Assembly: GCA_964510025.1 (NCBI GenBank) | Contig: CAZDZV010000012.1 | Span: 1-47,504 of the forward strand | DNA from: an uncultured Methanosarcinales archaeon | Lineage (GTDB): Archaea > Nanobdellota > Nanobdellia > Woesearchaeales > DATDXC01 | DNA: 47,504 nucleotides | Direction: 5' to 3' | Part shown: piece by piece, positions 39,066 to 47,504 of the stretch | Layout: each line of letters begins with the position of its first letter | Position numbering within the stretch: the stretch's first letter is position 1 | Made by a program: the position numbers and the translations under genes | The notes under the pieces: model-generated | Told to the model about the DNA's origin: nothing | The model's database searches: none | The model's input: only the letters and a program-made list of their open reading frames with translations

Positions 39066-40485
39066 TTTTCGTTCCGCTGTTGTAATTGGCTTGGAGATCC
39101 ATGTAGAGCTCAAAACAGCTTCAAAACTTTTCTGCAGCTGTGTACGTCAGGGCGAAGAAGATGAAGAGCCGAACACAAGATGCTGTCCGGTGTGCCTGGG
39201 CCACCCTGGATCAAAGCCGGTTTTGAACAGCAGGGCGGTTGAATATGCGCTTAAGCTGGCTCTGGCCACAAAATCAGAAATAGCTGACCAACTCATATTT
39301 TCCAGAAAATCCTATTTCTATCCAGACATGTCAAAGAATTACCAAATCTCGCAGTATGAGCTGCCGTTGGCACAAGGTGGGAAAATAAAGCTAGGGTCTG
39401 GAAAGTCCATTAACCTGGAAAGGATACATCTTGAAGAGGATCCAGCAGCTTTGGTCCACCCTAAAGGCATGCAGCATTCCAGCTACGTTTTGGTAGACTA
39501 TAACCGGAGCGGAAATCCTCTTGTGGAGATAGTGACAAAGCCAGAGATGTCTTCGCCGGCCGAAGCGCGCGATTTTATGAAGCAGCTTATCACAATTCTT
39601 GAATACTTGGAGATATTCGACATTAATAATTGCATCATAAAGGCAGATGCAAATGTGTCTGTCCGAGAATCAGGCTATGTCCGTTCAGAGATAAAGAATA
39701 TCACCGGATTCAAGGATATCGAAAGAGCCCTGAAGTATGAGGTCCAGAGGCAGCAGAACGACATAGCAGAGGGAAAAGCGCTCAAGCAGGAGACAAGGGC
39801 ATGGGACAGCGAAAAAGGAGCAACCTTCTCCGTGAGGGCTAAAGAAGTAGAGGAGGAATACGGCTACATAATCGACCCTGATCTTGTTCCAATTGACATA
39901 ACCCGTAAATGGATTGATTTGTTGCAGAAAGAGCTGCCTGAGTTGGCTGAGCAGAAGCTGGAAAAATTCCAGAAAAAGCACAAAATAGCTGAAGATACCG
40001 CAAGGGTCTTGGCAAAGAACAAGGAACTGGCCAATGTCTTCGAGGCCGTAGCATCATCAGTTAATCCGGAGTTAGCAGCCAAATGGATAAGAAGGGAGCT
40101 TCCAAGGGTGCTGAACTATAAAAAAAAGCGTTTCTCAGAGGTCGAGTTTTCCGAAAAGCATCTGGTCGACCTTCTAAAACTGATTGAGGGCAGGCAGATA
40201 ACTGATAAGACAGGCCAGAAAATTCTGGAGAAACTTGTTGAAAAGCCCTTTGACGTTGTTGGATATGTAAAAGAGCAGCGCCTGACAGCTGTTACTGATC
40301 AGGATGAGCTTGAAAAGATATGCATGGAATCGCTTAAGGAATCAGAAAAAGCAGTGCAGGACTATAAGTCCGGCAACCCAAAAGCTCTTAACTACATAGT
40401 GGGGATAGTAATGAAAAAGACAAGGGGCAAGGCCAGCCCAGATGTTGTTCAGGATATTCTAAGAAACCTAATTTCCAAAAGCTAA
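39058..40485 (+). CDS. gatB: Asp/Glu-tRNA amidotransferase subunit B
   Basis: IGLEIHVEL, CPVCLGHPG, RKSYFYPD, HLEED, DYNRSG.PLVEIVT.P. Confidence 0.96.
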   Translation: MADFRSAVVIGLEIHVELKTASKLFCSCVRQGEEDEEPNTRCCPVCLGHPGSKPVLNSRAVEYALKLALATKSEIADQLIFSRKSYFYPDMSKNYQISQYELPLAQGGKIKLGSGKSINLERIHLEEDPAALVHPKGMQHSSYVLVDYNRSGNPLVEIVTKPEMSSPAEARDFMKQLITILEYLEIFDINNCIIKADANVSVRESGYVRSEIKNITGFKDIERALKYEVQRQQNDIAEGKALKQETRAWDSEKGATFSVRAKEVEEEYGYIIDPDLVPIDITRKWIDLLQKELPELAEQKLEKFQKKHKIAEDTARVLAKNKELANVFEAVASSVNPELAAKWIRRELPRVLNYKKKRFSEVEFSEKHLVDLLKLIEGRQITDKTGQKILEKLVEKPFDVVGYVKEQRLTAVTDQDELEKICMESLKESEKAVQDYKSGNPKALNYIVGIVMKKTRGKASPDVVQDILRNLISKS

Positions 40486-40574
40486 TCGAAACATTTATAA
40501 ACTAGCTATCAAAATATTTTACTAAAAAGGGGTGGTGGAAGATTTCGCCTATTAGAAGGCATAAGGCTAGATAT

Positions 40575-43500
40575 TTGATCAATAGTACCAATTCAAATTC
40601 TTTACTGACTGATAAATCTGCTAGGTTTTTTCTTTTTGGGAGAAGACAGGAGGATCTTCCACCACCTCCTTCTCCTGATTTTTTTGTACAGGATTCACCT
40701 GAAGACAAACCAAAAGCTGGCAAAGGTGACAAAAAGAATCAAAAAGAAGCAGAAAAACAGAGAAGACTGGAAGAAAAAAAGGAGAGAGAAACAGAAAAAC
40801 TGCTGAAAGAGCGGCAGAAAGAACTTGAACTCCTGCGGAAAAAGGGCGAGATTGAGCCTGTTATAAACAAGACTGTAGTGAATCCTGTTCCTGCGAAACA
40901 ATCAAGATTAGAGGTGCGGCAGAGAAAGCTCCAGCAAAAAAGGCAGAAGATAGAAGAGAGGCTGAGAAAAAAGCTGGAGATCAGGAGACAGAAGTTGGAG
41001 CTCAAGAGGAAATTGCGTGAAGAAAGGCTTGAGAAAAAAAGGAAGGCTCAAGAGGAGAAACAGAGAAAAGTTGAAGAAAAAAGAAGGCAGAAAGAACTTA
41101 AGATACAGCAGAGGCTAGAAGCGAAAAAAGAGAAAGAGAAGTCTATTCTTCTTAAGGAGAGGCAAAAGGAGCTTGATTTGCTTAAAAATGATGCTGTCCC
41201 TGGACCCAGGCTGGCAGGGTCTGTGCCTAAGCCCCCATCGGCTCCATTAACGGAAAAGAAGCTGAAAAAGCTGGAAATTCAGAAACAGAAGCTTAAGGAG
41301 AAACAACAAAAAAGAGCGCAAAAACTTAAAGAGCTGGAAGAAAGACAAAGGCAGAAACAGGAGTTGAAAAAGCAAAAAGAAGAAGAAAAGCAGAAAAGAA
41401 TAGAAGAAAAAAGAAAGCAGCAGGAGATTCTGCAGAAGAAAAAAGAAAAGGAAAAAAGGCTGATAGAAGAAAAAAAGCTGCAAGAAAGAGAAAGGTTGAT
41501 GGAAAAAAAGCTTAAGCATCATGATTCAAGGCTAAAAAAGAAGCTTGTTGAATATGAGAAAAAGCATAATGATCCCTTCCGCTATAATGAGATCAAATAC
41601 TTGCTGTCCAAGCTGAACAATAACATAAGACTAATCGAGAAGCACAGCCACCTTATCTACAAGGATGAGGAAAAGCTACTGCGACTGTCGCAGAAGCAGG
41701 TTGATACCATACAGGAGAACCTTAAATCAGAAGAAAGGCTTATGGACGAGCTCAAGCACATTGACAGAAAGATATCGCATTATGAGAAGTTGTCAAAAAG
41801 GGACAGGACCAACCTGCACGATCATATAACCAGGCTTCGGGAATCTTTCTATGATTATCGCCACAAGTCAGATACCGTAAGGAAAGACATTCTGGATAAG
41901 CTTGCATCAGTGGATAAGCTGAAAAAGGAAATAGAGGCGGAAAATAGGAAACGTGAAAAAGAGGAGCAGCTTATAAGAGAAGAGCGTGAAAAAGAACGCC
42001 AACAAAGGGAAGAGGAAAGGCTGGAGCAGATAAATAAGGAGAAAGAGGCCCGCAGAAAGGAGCTTGAGGAAAGAAGGAAAATTGAGGAGCTACTGGTCGT
42101 GCAGAAACAGGAAGAGCTCAAGCGTAAGCTGGAAAGGAAAAGAAAGATCCAGCAAGAGAAGGAAAAAGCCCGTGAAAAGATCCAGCAAAAAAAGCTGCAG
42201 GAAAAACTGCAGAGATTAGAGCAAAGGAAAAAAATTCAGGAAGAAAAACAGAGAAAACAGCAGGAAATAAAGGAAAAAAAGCGACAGGAACGTGAAAGGC
42301 TGCTGAAAGAAAGACAAAGGCTGGAGGAAGAAAGAAAAAAGCAGCAAGAGCTCGAAAGACAGAAAAGAATAGAAGAAAGACAGAAAAGACAGGATGAAAC
42401 GATGAAGAGACTGGAAGCAGCGGCAAAGGAAAAAGAGGAAAAACGCAGGCAAGCTGAAGAGAAGCGAACACAGATGATAGCTGACAGACAGAAGCTTATG
42501 GAAAAAAGAAAAAAAGATAGGGCAGAAAGGCTTTTCCAAGAGAGGCAAAAGGAATTGAAATTTTTGAAAAAAGAGGAAATAGCTCCACCAATAGTAAAAA
42601 AAGGCGAAAGGCAGGCTGCAAAAACCAAGAAAGGCTTTTTTGCAAAATTCAGGAAATCCAAACCATTACCTTCTATCCCGCCACCGCCAGAACCATCAAT
42701 GATCAGCTCAAAAGACCTTAAAATACCTGTTAAGAATCCTGAAGAGATAGACATACCTGTCCCTGTGGCACCGCCGCCTGCAGAAAAAAAGCAGTCAGCA
42801 GATGAAAAGCAGGAAGCACTGCAGAAAACCCAGGATGAAAAGAAGAAGAGACAGGAAGAAAGACAGAAAAGGATAGAGGATAAAAAGAAGCAGCAAGAGC
42901 TGGAAAGGCAGAAAAAGCTGGAAGAAAAAGAGAAAATAAAGGCAGAGAAGCTTAAAAGGATAGAGGAAAAAAAGAAGCAGCAAGAGCTTCTAAGAAAGCA
43001 GAAAATTGAAGAAAAGAATAGGCAAAAACAAGCCAGGCTAAAGCAGATTGAGGATAAAAAGAAGCAGCAAGAGCTGGAAAGGCAGAAAAAGCTGGAAGAA
43101 AAGAGAAAAAAGCAGGAAGAGAAGCTGCAACAGGCAGAAGAACAGAAGAAGCAGCAAGAGAAAGAGCAGCCAGAGACTGAAGAGCACACCCCTGAAGAGC
43201 GAGATATAGAAGCCGTAGAATTGCCTGAAGCGATGGAGAAGACTGCCAAAAAGCCGTCGGATAAATTGACAGGACTTAAAGGCCAGGTAAAAAAGTTGCC
43301 AATCGAAAAGCAAGGAAAGCCGAAAAAGTCAGTTATACCTCCTCCGCCAAGACCCAGCGATGAGATACTGAATAAAATCAGAAAACCAAAGCCTGAGGAG
43401 CTGGTTAAAAAGGAGCCTGCTCTACATAAGCCTAAGACAGGGGCACCGCCGCCTGCAGAAAAAAAGCAGTCAGCAGATGAAAAGCAGGAAGCACTGCAGA

Positions 43501-44201
43501 AAACCCAGGATGAAAAGAAGAAGAGACAGGAAGAAAGACAGAAAAGGATAGAGGATAAAAAGAAGCAGCAAGAGCTGGAAAGGCAGAAAAAGCTGGAAGA
43601 AAAAGAGAAAATAAAGGCAGAGAAGCTTAAAAGGATAGAGGAAAAAAAGAAGCAGCAAGAGCTTCTAAGAAAGCAGAAAATTGAAGAAAAGAATAGGCAA
43701 AAACAAGCCAGGCTAAAGCAGATTGAGGATAAAAAGAAGCAGCAAGAGCTGGAAAGGCAGAAAAAGCTGGAAGAAAAGAGAAAAAAGCAGGAAGAGAAGC
43801 TGCAACAGGCAGAAGAACAGAAGAAGCAGCAAGAGATGCTGAAACAGCAAGAAGCCGAGATTCACCAGAAATCCCCTCAAGAAATGCCTGAAGCGCCTGT
43901 ATATGTAAAGAAATACGAAGAGTCAGATATCCAGTCAAGGCTGGAAATTGAAAATGCAATTGCAACTGCAAAAAAATCATCCAAAAAGCAGTCACCAGAT
44001 TTAGAGAATATTCATAAGCTTATGCTCGATTCCAGGGAATCTTTGATGGCGTTTGATTTTCAGAAGACAAAGGAATTATATATTGAGATTATGCAGGCGT
44101 ATAATAGGCTAAGCGATCATGAAAAGGCTCGGATCTACCAGGAGATAAATGACCTTTACCAGGAGAGAAAATCTGCAGAGAAATTATTCAAAAGAAGCTA
44201 A
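40575..44201 (+). CDS. Very large K/E/Q/R-rich coiled-coil or single-alpha-helix protein with Pro-rich linkers; start uncertain
   Basis: 1208-aa open frame, extremely charged, poly-Pro motifs, C-terminal helical domain. Confidence 0.75.
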   Translation: MINSTNSNSLLTDKSARFFLFGRRQEDLPPPPSPDFFVQDSPEDKPKAGKGDKKNQKEAEKQRRLEEKKERETEKLLKERQKELELLRKKGEIEPVINKTVVNPVPAKQSRLEVRQRKLQQKRQKIEERLRKKLEIRRQKLELKRKLREERLEKKRKAQEEKQRKVEEKRRQKELKIQQRLEAKKEKEKSILLKERQKELDLLKNDAVPGPRLAGSVPKPPSAPLTEKKLKKLEIQKQKLKEKQQKRAQKLKELEERQRQKQELKKQKEEEKQKRIEEKRKQQEILQKKKEKEKRLIEEKKLQERERLMEKKLKHHDSRLKKKLVEYEKKHNDPFRYNEIKYLLSKLNNNIRLIEKHSHLIYKDEEKLLRLSQKQVDTIQENLKSEERLMDELKHIDRKISHYEKLSKRDRTNLHDHITRLRESFYDYRHKSDTVRKDILDKLASVDKLKKEIEAENRKREKEEQLIREEREKERQQREEERLEQINKEKEARRKELEERRKIEELLVVQKQEELKRKLERKRKIQQEKEKAREKIQQKKLQEKLQRLEQRKKIQEEKQRKQQEIKEKKRQERERLLKERQRLEEERKKQQELERQKRIEERQKRQDETMKRLEAAAKEKEEKRRQAEEKRTQMIADRQKLMEKRKKDRAERLFQERQKELKFLKKEEIAPPIVKKGERQAAKTKKGFFAKFRKSKPLPSIPPPPEPSMISSKDLKIPVKNPEEIDIPVPVAPPPAEKKQSADEKQEALQKTQDEKKKRQEERQKRIEDKKKQQELERQKKLEEKEKIKAEKLKRIEEKKKQQELLRKQKIEEKNRQKQARLKQIEDKKKQQELERQKKLEEKRKKQEEKLQQAEEQKKQQEKEQPETEEHTPEERDIEAVELPEAMEKTAKKPSDKLTGLKGQVKKLPIEKQGKPKKSVIPPPPRPSDEILNKIRKPKPEELVKKEPALHKPKTGAPPPAEKKQSADEKQEALQKTQDEKKKRQEERQKRIEDKKKQQELERQKKLEEKEKIKAEKLKRIEEKKKQQELLRKQKIEEKNRQKQARLKQIEDKKKQQELERQKKLEEKRKKQEEKLQQAEEQKKQQEMLKQQEAEIHQKSPQEMPEAPVYVKKYEESDIQSRLEIENAIATAKKSSKKQSPDLENIHKLMLDSRESLMAFDFQKTKELYIEIMQAYNRLSDHEKARIYQEINDLYQERKSAEKLFKRS
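42767..43836 (+). repeat. 395-bp direct duplication (42767-43161 and 43442-43836)
   Basis: The two copies appear identical base by base; offset 675 bp, in frame. Confidence 0.92.
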
Positions 44202-44720
44202 GATTTTGTCTACTTTCTTTTTTAACTGCTGCAGCGAACCCTTGTTTGCAATGACAAAGTCGGATGCCCTTATGCACCGATTAATCTCCTGGCCTTTGGT
44301 CTTGCCGCGATTTTCCTTGTTGTCGAGCTTTTTGAAATCTTTAAAAGAGGTAGGATCGCCCTCTCTTTCACGCTTTCTTATTCTTTCATATCTAATCCGT
44401 TGGGGGGCTGTGATAGCTATCAGATAAAAATCTTTTCTCTTCCTGAATTCCCTTATTTCGTCCATATTCCTTATGCCGTCCACCACAGCATTCTCCTTCT
44501 TAATTTTTCTGCTGATCTTCTTGGACAATATTCCATTTGCTTTCTTCTTTATCTCGTTTCCTAATTTCTGGAGATTGATTCTCGTGGGGTTGATATCTCT
44601 TTGTTCAGCGATCTCCCTCAAAATATCAGAATACACAAAATGTTCAAAACCCTTTCTCGCTAGGTATTTGGCTACCTCAGCTTTGCCGGAACCCATAGTG
44701 CCTGTCAATCCTATTATCAT
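44184..44720 (-). CDS. P-loop NMP kinase-like protein (UPF0200/dephospho-CoA kinase-like)
   Basis: IIGLTGTMGSGK, SDILRE, VVDGIR..DE, RYERI..R.REGD. Confidence 0.8.
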   Translation of the reverse strand: MIIGLTGTMGSGKAEVAKYLARKGFEHFVYSDILREIAEQRDINPTRINLQKLGNEIKKKANGILSKKISRKIKKENAVVDGIRNMDEIREFRKRKDFYLIAITAPQRIRYERIRKREREGDPTSFKDFKKLDNKENRGKTKGQEINRCIRASDFVIANKGSLQQLKKKVDKILASFE

Positions 44721-44767
44721 GGTAATACAAAACTATATAAATTAATAATATTTACGGTTTTTTTGGC

Positions 44768-45634
44768 ATGAAAGCTTACTTGGATATAGTAGCAAAAATT
44801 CTAAAGCAGGGTATCAAGAAGAAGGACAGGACAGGTGTCGGAACGATAGCTACAGCCGGCCTCATCTTCCAGCATGATATGTCTGAGGGCTTTCCATTGT
44901 TAACGACCAAATCAGTTCCCCTCAGGCTGGTCGCTTCTGAGCTGGAATTTTTTCTGCGCGGCATATCTGATAAGAAATGGCTGCAGGATAGGGATAACCA
45001 TATATGGGATGAATGGTGCAGTCCTGCTATAGTGCCTTATGCCCATGATGCACAGACCAAGAAGAGGATGCTTGAAGAGAGGGATTTAGGCCCAATATAT
45101 GGCTGGCAATGGCGTCATTTCGGCGCTGTCTACAAAGGCTACAAGACAGATTATACAGGCAAAGGTGTTGATCAGGTTAAAAGGGTGGTGAACCTTCTAA
45201 AGACCGATCCTGAAGATCGTCAAATGCTTGTCTTGGCATGGAATCCCATGGATATTGATAAGGTTATCCCGCCATTTTGCCATTATGCGTGGCAGGTTAC
45301 TGTTCTTGATAATAAGCTGAATCTTATGTGGAACCAGAGAAGCGTAGATGTTGCTCTTGGGCTCCCCTTTAATATAGCTTCCTATGGCCTGCTTCTGCAT
45401 CTGCTGTCAAAAGAATCAGGGTTCCAGGAGGGTAAGCTTGTAGGATTCTTAGGAGACGCCCACATATATCTTAACCATATTGAAGGGCTTAAGGAGCAGA
45501 TTAAAAGGCAGCCTTTCAGGCTGCCACAGATAAGGACAAATACATTTTCTTCGATTTTTGACTGGAAATATGTTGACTCGGAAGTTCAGGATTACAGGCA
45601 CCATCCAAGGATAAAATTTGAGATAGCAGTATGA
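44768..45634 (+). CDS. thyA: Thymidylate synthase ThyA
   Basis: DRTGVGT, FPLLTTK, LGPIYG.QWR, PFCH, QRSVD..LG.PFNIASY, GDAHIY.NH. Confidence 0.96.
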   Translation: MKAYLDIVAKILKQGIKKKDRTGVGTIATAGLIFQHDMSEGFPLLTTKSVPLRLVASELEFFLRGISDKKWLQDRDNHIWDEWCSPAIVPYAHDAQTKKRMLEERDLGPIYGWQWRHFGAVYKGYKTDYTGKGVDQVKRVVNLLKTDPEDRQMLVLAWNPMDIDKVIPPFCHYAWQVTVLDNKLNLMWNQRSVDVALGLPFNIASYGLLLHLLSKESGFQEGKLVGFLGDAHIYLNHIEGLKEQIKRQPFRLPQIRTNTFSSIFDWKYVDSEVQDYRHHPRIKFEIAV

Positions 45635-46143
45635 CTGAGATAGTGATAATTGCAGCTGTAGCTCAGAATAGGGCGATAGGAAAAGATAATGATATTCCGT
45701 GGCATATAAAGGAAGATTTCCTGCATTTCAAGAATAAGACAAATGGATTTCCGATAATTATGGGGGATAAGACTTTTGATTCCTTGCCCAAACGTCCTCT
45801 GCCTGGCAGAGAGAACATTGTCTGTACCCTAGATAAGGATTACAGGGCAGAGGCTACACTTTTCTATGATTTCAAAAAAGCAATCAGGTATGTCAGGGAA
45901 AAAAAGCCTGAGCGGGCATATATCATCGGCGGCGCATCGATATATAGGCTTGGTATGGATGTTGCAGACACTCTTGAAATAACAAAGATATATAAGGATT
46001 ATGATGCAGACACATTTTTTCCGCATATCGATCCAAAAGAATGGCAGATCGTTGAAAAGGAAGACCATAAAGGCATAGATATAAAGAATAATGTTGAAGT
46101 TGAATATTCTTTTATCACATATAATAGAAAAACTAATAAATAA
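45631..46143 (+). CDS. folA: Dihydrofolate reductase
   Basis: AIGKDNDIPW, IMG..T..S, PLPGRENIV, IIGGA, DTFFP. Confidence 0.94.
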   Translation: MTEIVIIAAVAQNRAIGKDNDIPWHIKEDFLHFKNKTNGFPIIMGDKTFDSLPKRPLPGRENIVCTLDKDYRAEATLFYDFKKAIRYVREKKPERAYIIGGASIYRLGMDVADTLEITKIYKDYDADTFFPHIDPKEWQIVEKEDHKGIDIKNNVEVEYSFITYNRKTNK

Positions 46144-46163
46144 CTGATATCTAATGCAATCGT

Positions 46164-46763
46164 ATGGCGCTTTTTATTGTATTTGACGGCCTTGATGGTT
46201 CTGGTAAGGGGGATATGATTAGGCTCCTTAGGGATTACCTGTCTGAAAAGCATCTACATGTTCTTGTGACCAGGGAGCCGACTGAAGGCCAATACGGCAA
46301 AAAGATAAGAAAGATGCTGAGGAAGGATATCTATCCAAAAGAAGATGCAGAGTTATGTCTGCATTATTTTGTAAAAGACAGGGAAGAGCACCTGAAAAAG
46401 GAGATAGAGCCTGCCCTCAAAAAAGGTACCACAGTCATCTCTGACAGGTATTACTATTCCACCATAGCCTTTCAGAACACACAGGGTATTGATATCGAGC
46501 AGGTTGTTTTTGAAAATATGGCCTTTAGGACACCAGATATTGCCTTTATTCTCGACCTTCCACCTGGACTGGCTCTTGAAAGGATAGAGAAGCGGGGGTC
46601 CCCAAAAGAGAAATTTGAACAGCCTGATTTTATGAAAGAGCTAAGGCAGAATTTTCTGCGGCTAAAGGAAAAGCTGGATGATCCTATAAAGATTATCGAT
46701 GCCTCGAAGCCAAGAAAAGAAGTATTTGCGCAGATAAAGAAAGAGATTGACAGATTACTTTGA
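46164..46763 (+). CDS. tmk: Thymidylate kinase
   Basis: FDGLDGSGK, TREP, ISDRYYYS.IAFQ, PD. Confidence 0.93.
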   Translation: MALFIVFDGLDGSGKGDMIRLLRDYLSEKHLHVLVTREPTEGQYGKKIRKMLRKDIYPKEDAELCLHYFVKDREEHLKKEIEPALKKGTTVISDRYYYSTIAFQNTQGIDIEQVVFENMAFRTPDIAFILDLPPGLALERIEKRGSPKEKFEQPDFMKELRQNFLRLKEKLDDPIKIIDASKPRKEVFAQIKKEIDRLL

Positions 46764-47108
46764 GCTCTGTTTTTCGTAATAGAGCGGCGCGTTGCTGTAG
46801 ACTTTTTCGTTTCCCCTTCTTCTAGGAAAGATTCTATCAAAATTAAAAATAATTGCAGTAACTACCAGCGCAATTCCGATAATCCAGGCTGCTCCAGTGA
46901 AATCTCTTTGGACCACAACAGGATTGCTTTCCCTTACTATAACAGGTATCTTGTGGCAGGCAAAGTCAGATCCGCAGTATTGCTCATCTGAGCAGTCCTT
47001 ATTAGACTGGCATTCTCTCTGGCTAATGTTTACCAGCCAAGACAGAAATACCAATATGACAACAATAATGACGATAGCTGTTAAGCCCGCATCTGCTTTC
47101 TTATACAT
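46755..47108 (-). CDS. Small membrane protein with class III-like signal peptide and 4-Cys motif
   Basis: KKA+hydrophobic N-terminus, ECQSNKDCSDEQYCGSDFAC, second TM helix. Confidence 0.65.
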   Translation of the reverse strand: MYKKADAGLTAIVIIVVILVFLSWLVNISQRECQSNKDCSDEQYCGSDFACHKIPVIVRESNPVVVQRDFTGAAWIIGIALVVTAIIFNFDRIFPRRRGNEKVYSNAPLYYEKQSSK

Positions 47109-47171
47109 AAGCCAGTGAATAGAGAAATAGTATTTAAATCTTTCTATTTTTAACTACTATAAAGTAAATAC

Positions 47172-47273
47172 TTATTCATCAACCTCTTCATCCTCCTCTA
47201 AGGGCCGGCCCCCCATATATTTGGCTAATGTTTTGTTCATCTTGATTGTGTTATAGCTTATCTTTGGTTTCAT
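47172..47273 (-). CDS. 33-aa peptide downstream of dut
   Basis: MKPKISYNTIKMNKTLAKYMGGRPLEEDEEVDE preceded by GAGGTGA RBS overlapping the dut stop. Confidence 0.5.
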   Translation of the reverse strand: MKPKISYNTIKMNKTLAKYMGGRPLEEDEEVDE

Positions 47274-47276
47274 TTT

Positions 47277-47504
47277 TCACCTCTTTCCAGTTGATCCAAA
47301 TCCCCCCTCATTACGTTTGCTTTTTTCTAGTTCATCCACTAATCTGAACTCAGGTCTTTCAATCCTATTTATGACCATTTGCGCTATCTTCTGGCCTTTC
47401 TCGATCTTATATGTTTCTTGGCCAAAGTTGACAGCTATCACACCTACCTCCCCCCTATATCCTGAATCGATAGTCCCCGGTGTATTTAGAACAGAGATGC
47501 CATT
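47277..47504 (-). CDS. dut: dUTP diphosphatase, 3' part only (truncated by the window edge)
   Basis: NTPGTIDSGYRGEVGV, KIAQMV, RNEGGFGSTG. Confidence 0.93.
   Translation of the reverse strand, partial: NGISVLNTPGTIDSGYRGEVGVIAVNFGQETYKIEKGQKIAQMVINRIERPEFRLVDELEKSKRNEGGFGSTGKR

Noticed and set aside
42236..43995. Long antisense ORFs rich in F/S/C/L
   Set aside because: Shadow frames of the purine-rich K/E/Q/R gene on the + strand

Overview
A 47.5-kb archaeal chromosomal segment: it carries an archaeal histone, aRF1, eIF5A, L40e, RFC-L, TATA-type promoters and GGTGA-type ribosome-binding sites. The gene mix suggests a DPANN archaeon, most plausibly Woesearchaeota-like; this is an inference. 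Contents in order: (1) a surface and type IV pilus locus with a membrane-anchored alpha/beta hydrolase, a Cys-rich pilin, a small RHH regulator, an ATPase and a membrane platform protein; (2) a tRNA-Phe with two non-canonical BHB introns; (3) SSB, glyS, rfcL, aRF1, histone-eIF5A-L40e and gcvPA/PB; (4) a methanogen-type sulfide-to-homocysteine gene set; (5) bioY, thiM-thiE-thiC, a P2-type ATPase and thiL; (6) a Cys-rich putative metal module, rdgB and a macro domain; (7) gatCAB, with gatA frameshifted and an extra gene inside; (8) a 1.2k-aa charged helical protein with an apparently exact 395-bp internal duplication; (9) a thyA-folA-tmk-dut cluster. The most striking observation is glyS. It has an extra 82-aa N-terminal region resembling transposase/integrase/Fic N-terminal DNA-binding modules. 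That region is bracketed by three copies of a 13-bp motif (TTTAGGnnCTACA), one of them just downstream of the TATA box, making it a candidate self-regulating cassette grafted onto an aminoacyl-tRNA synthetase. No CRISPR array, rRNA or intact IS element was seen. All family assignments come from motif recognition by eye, not database searches.
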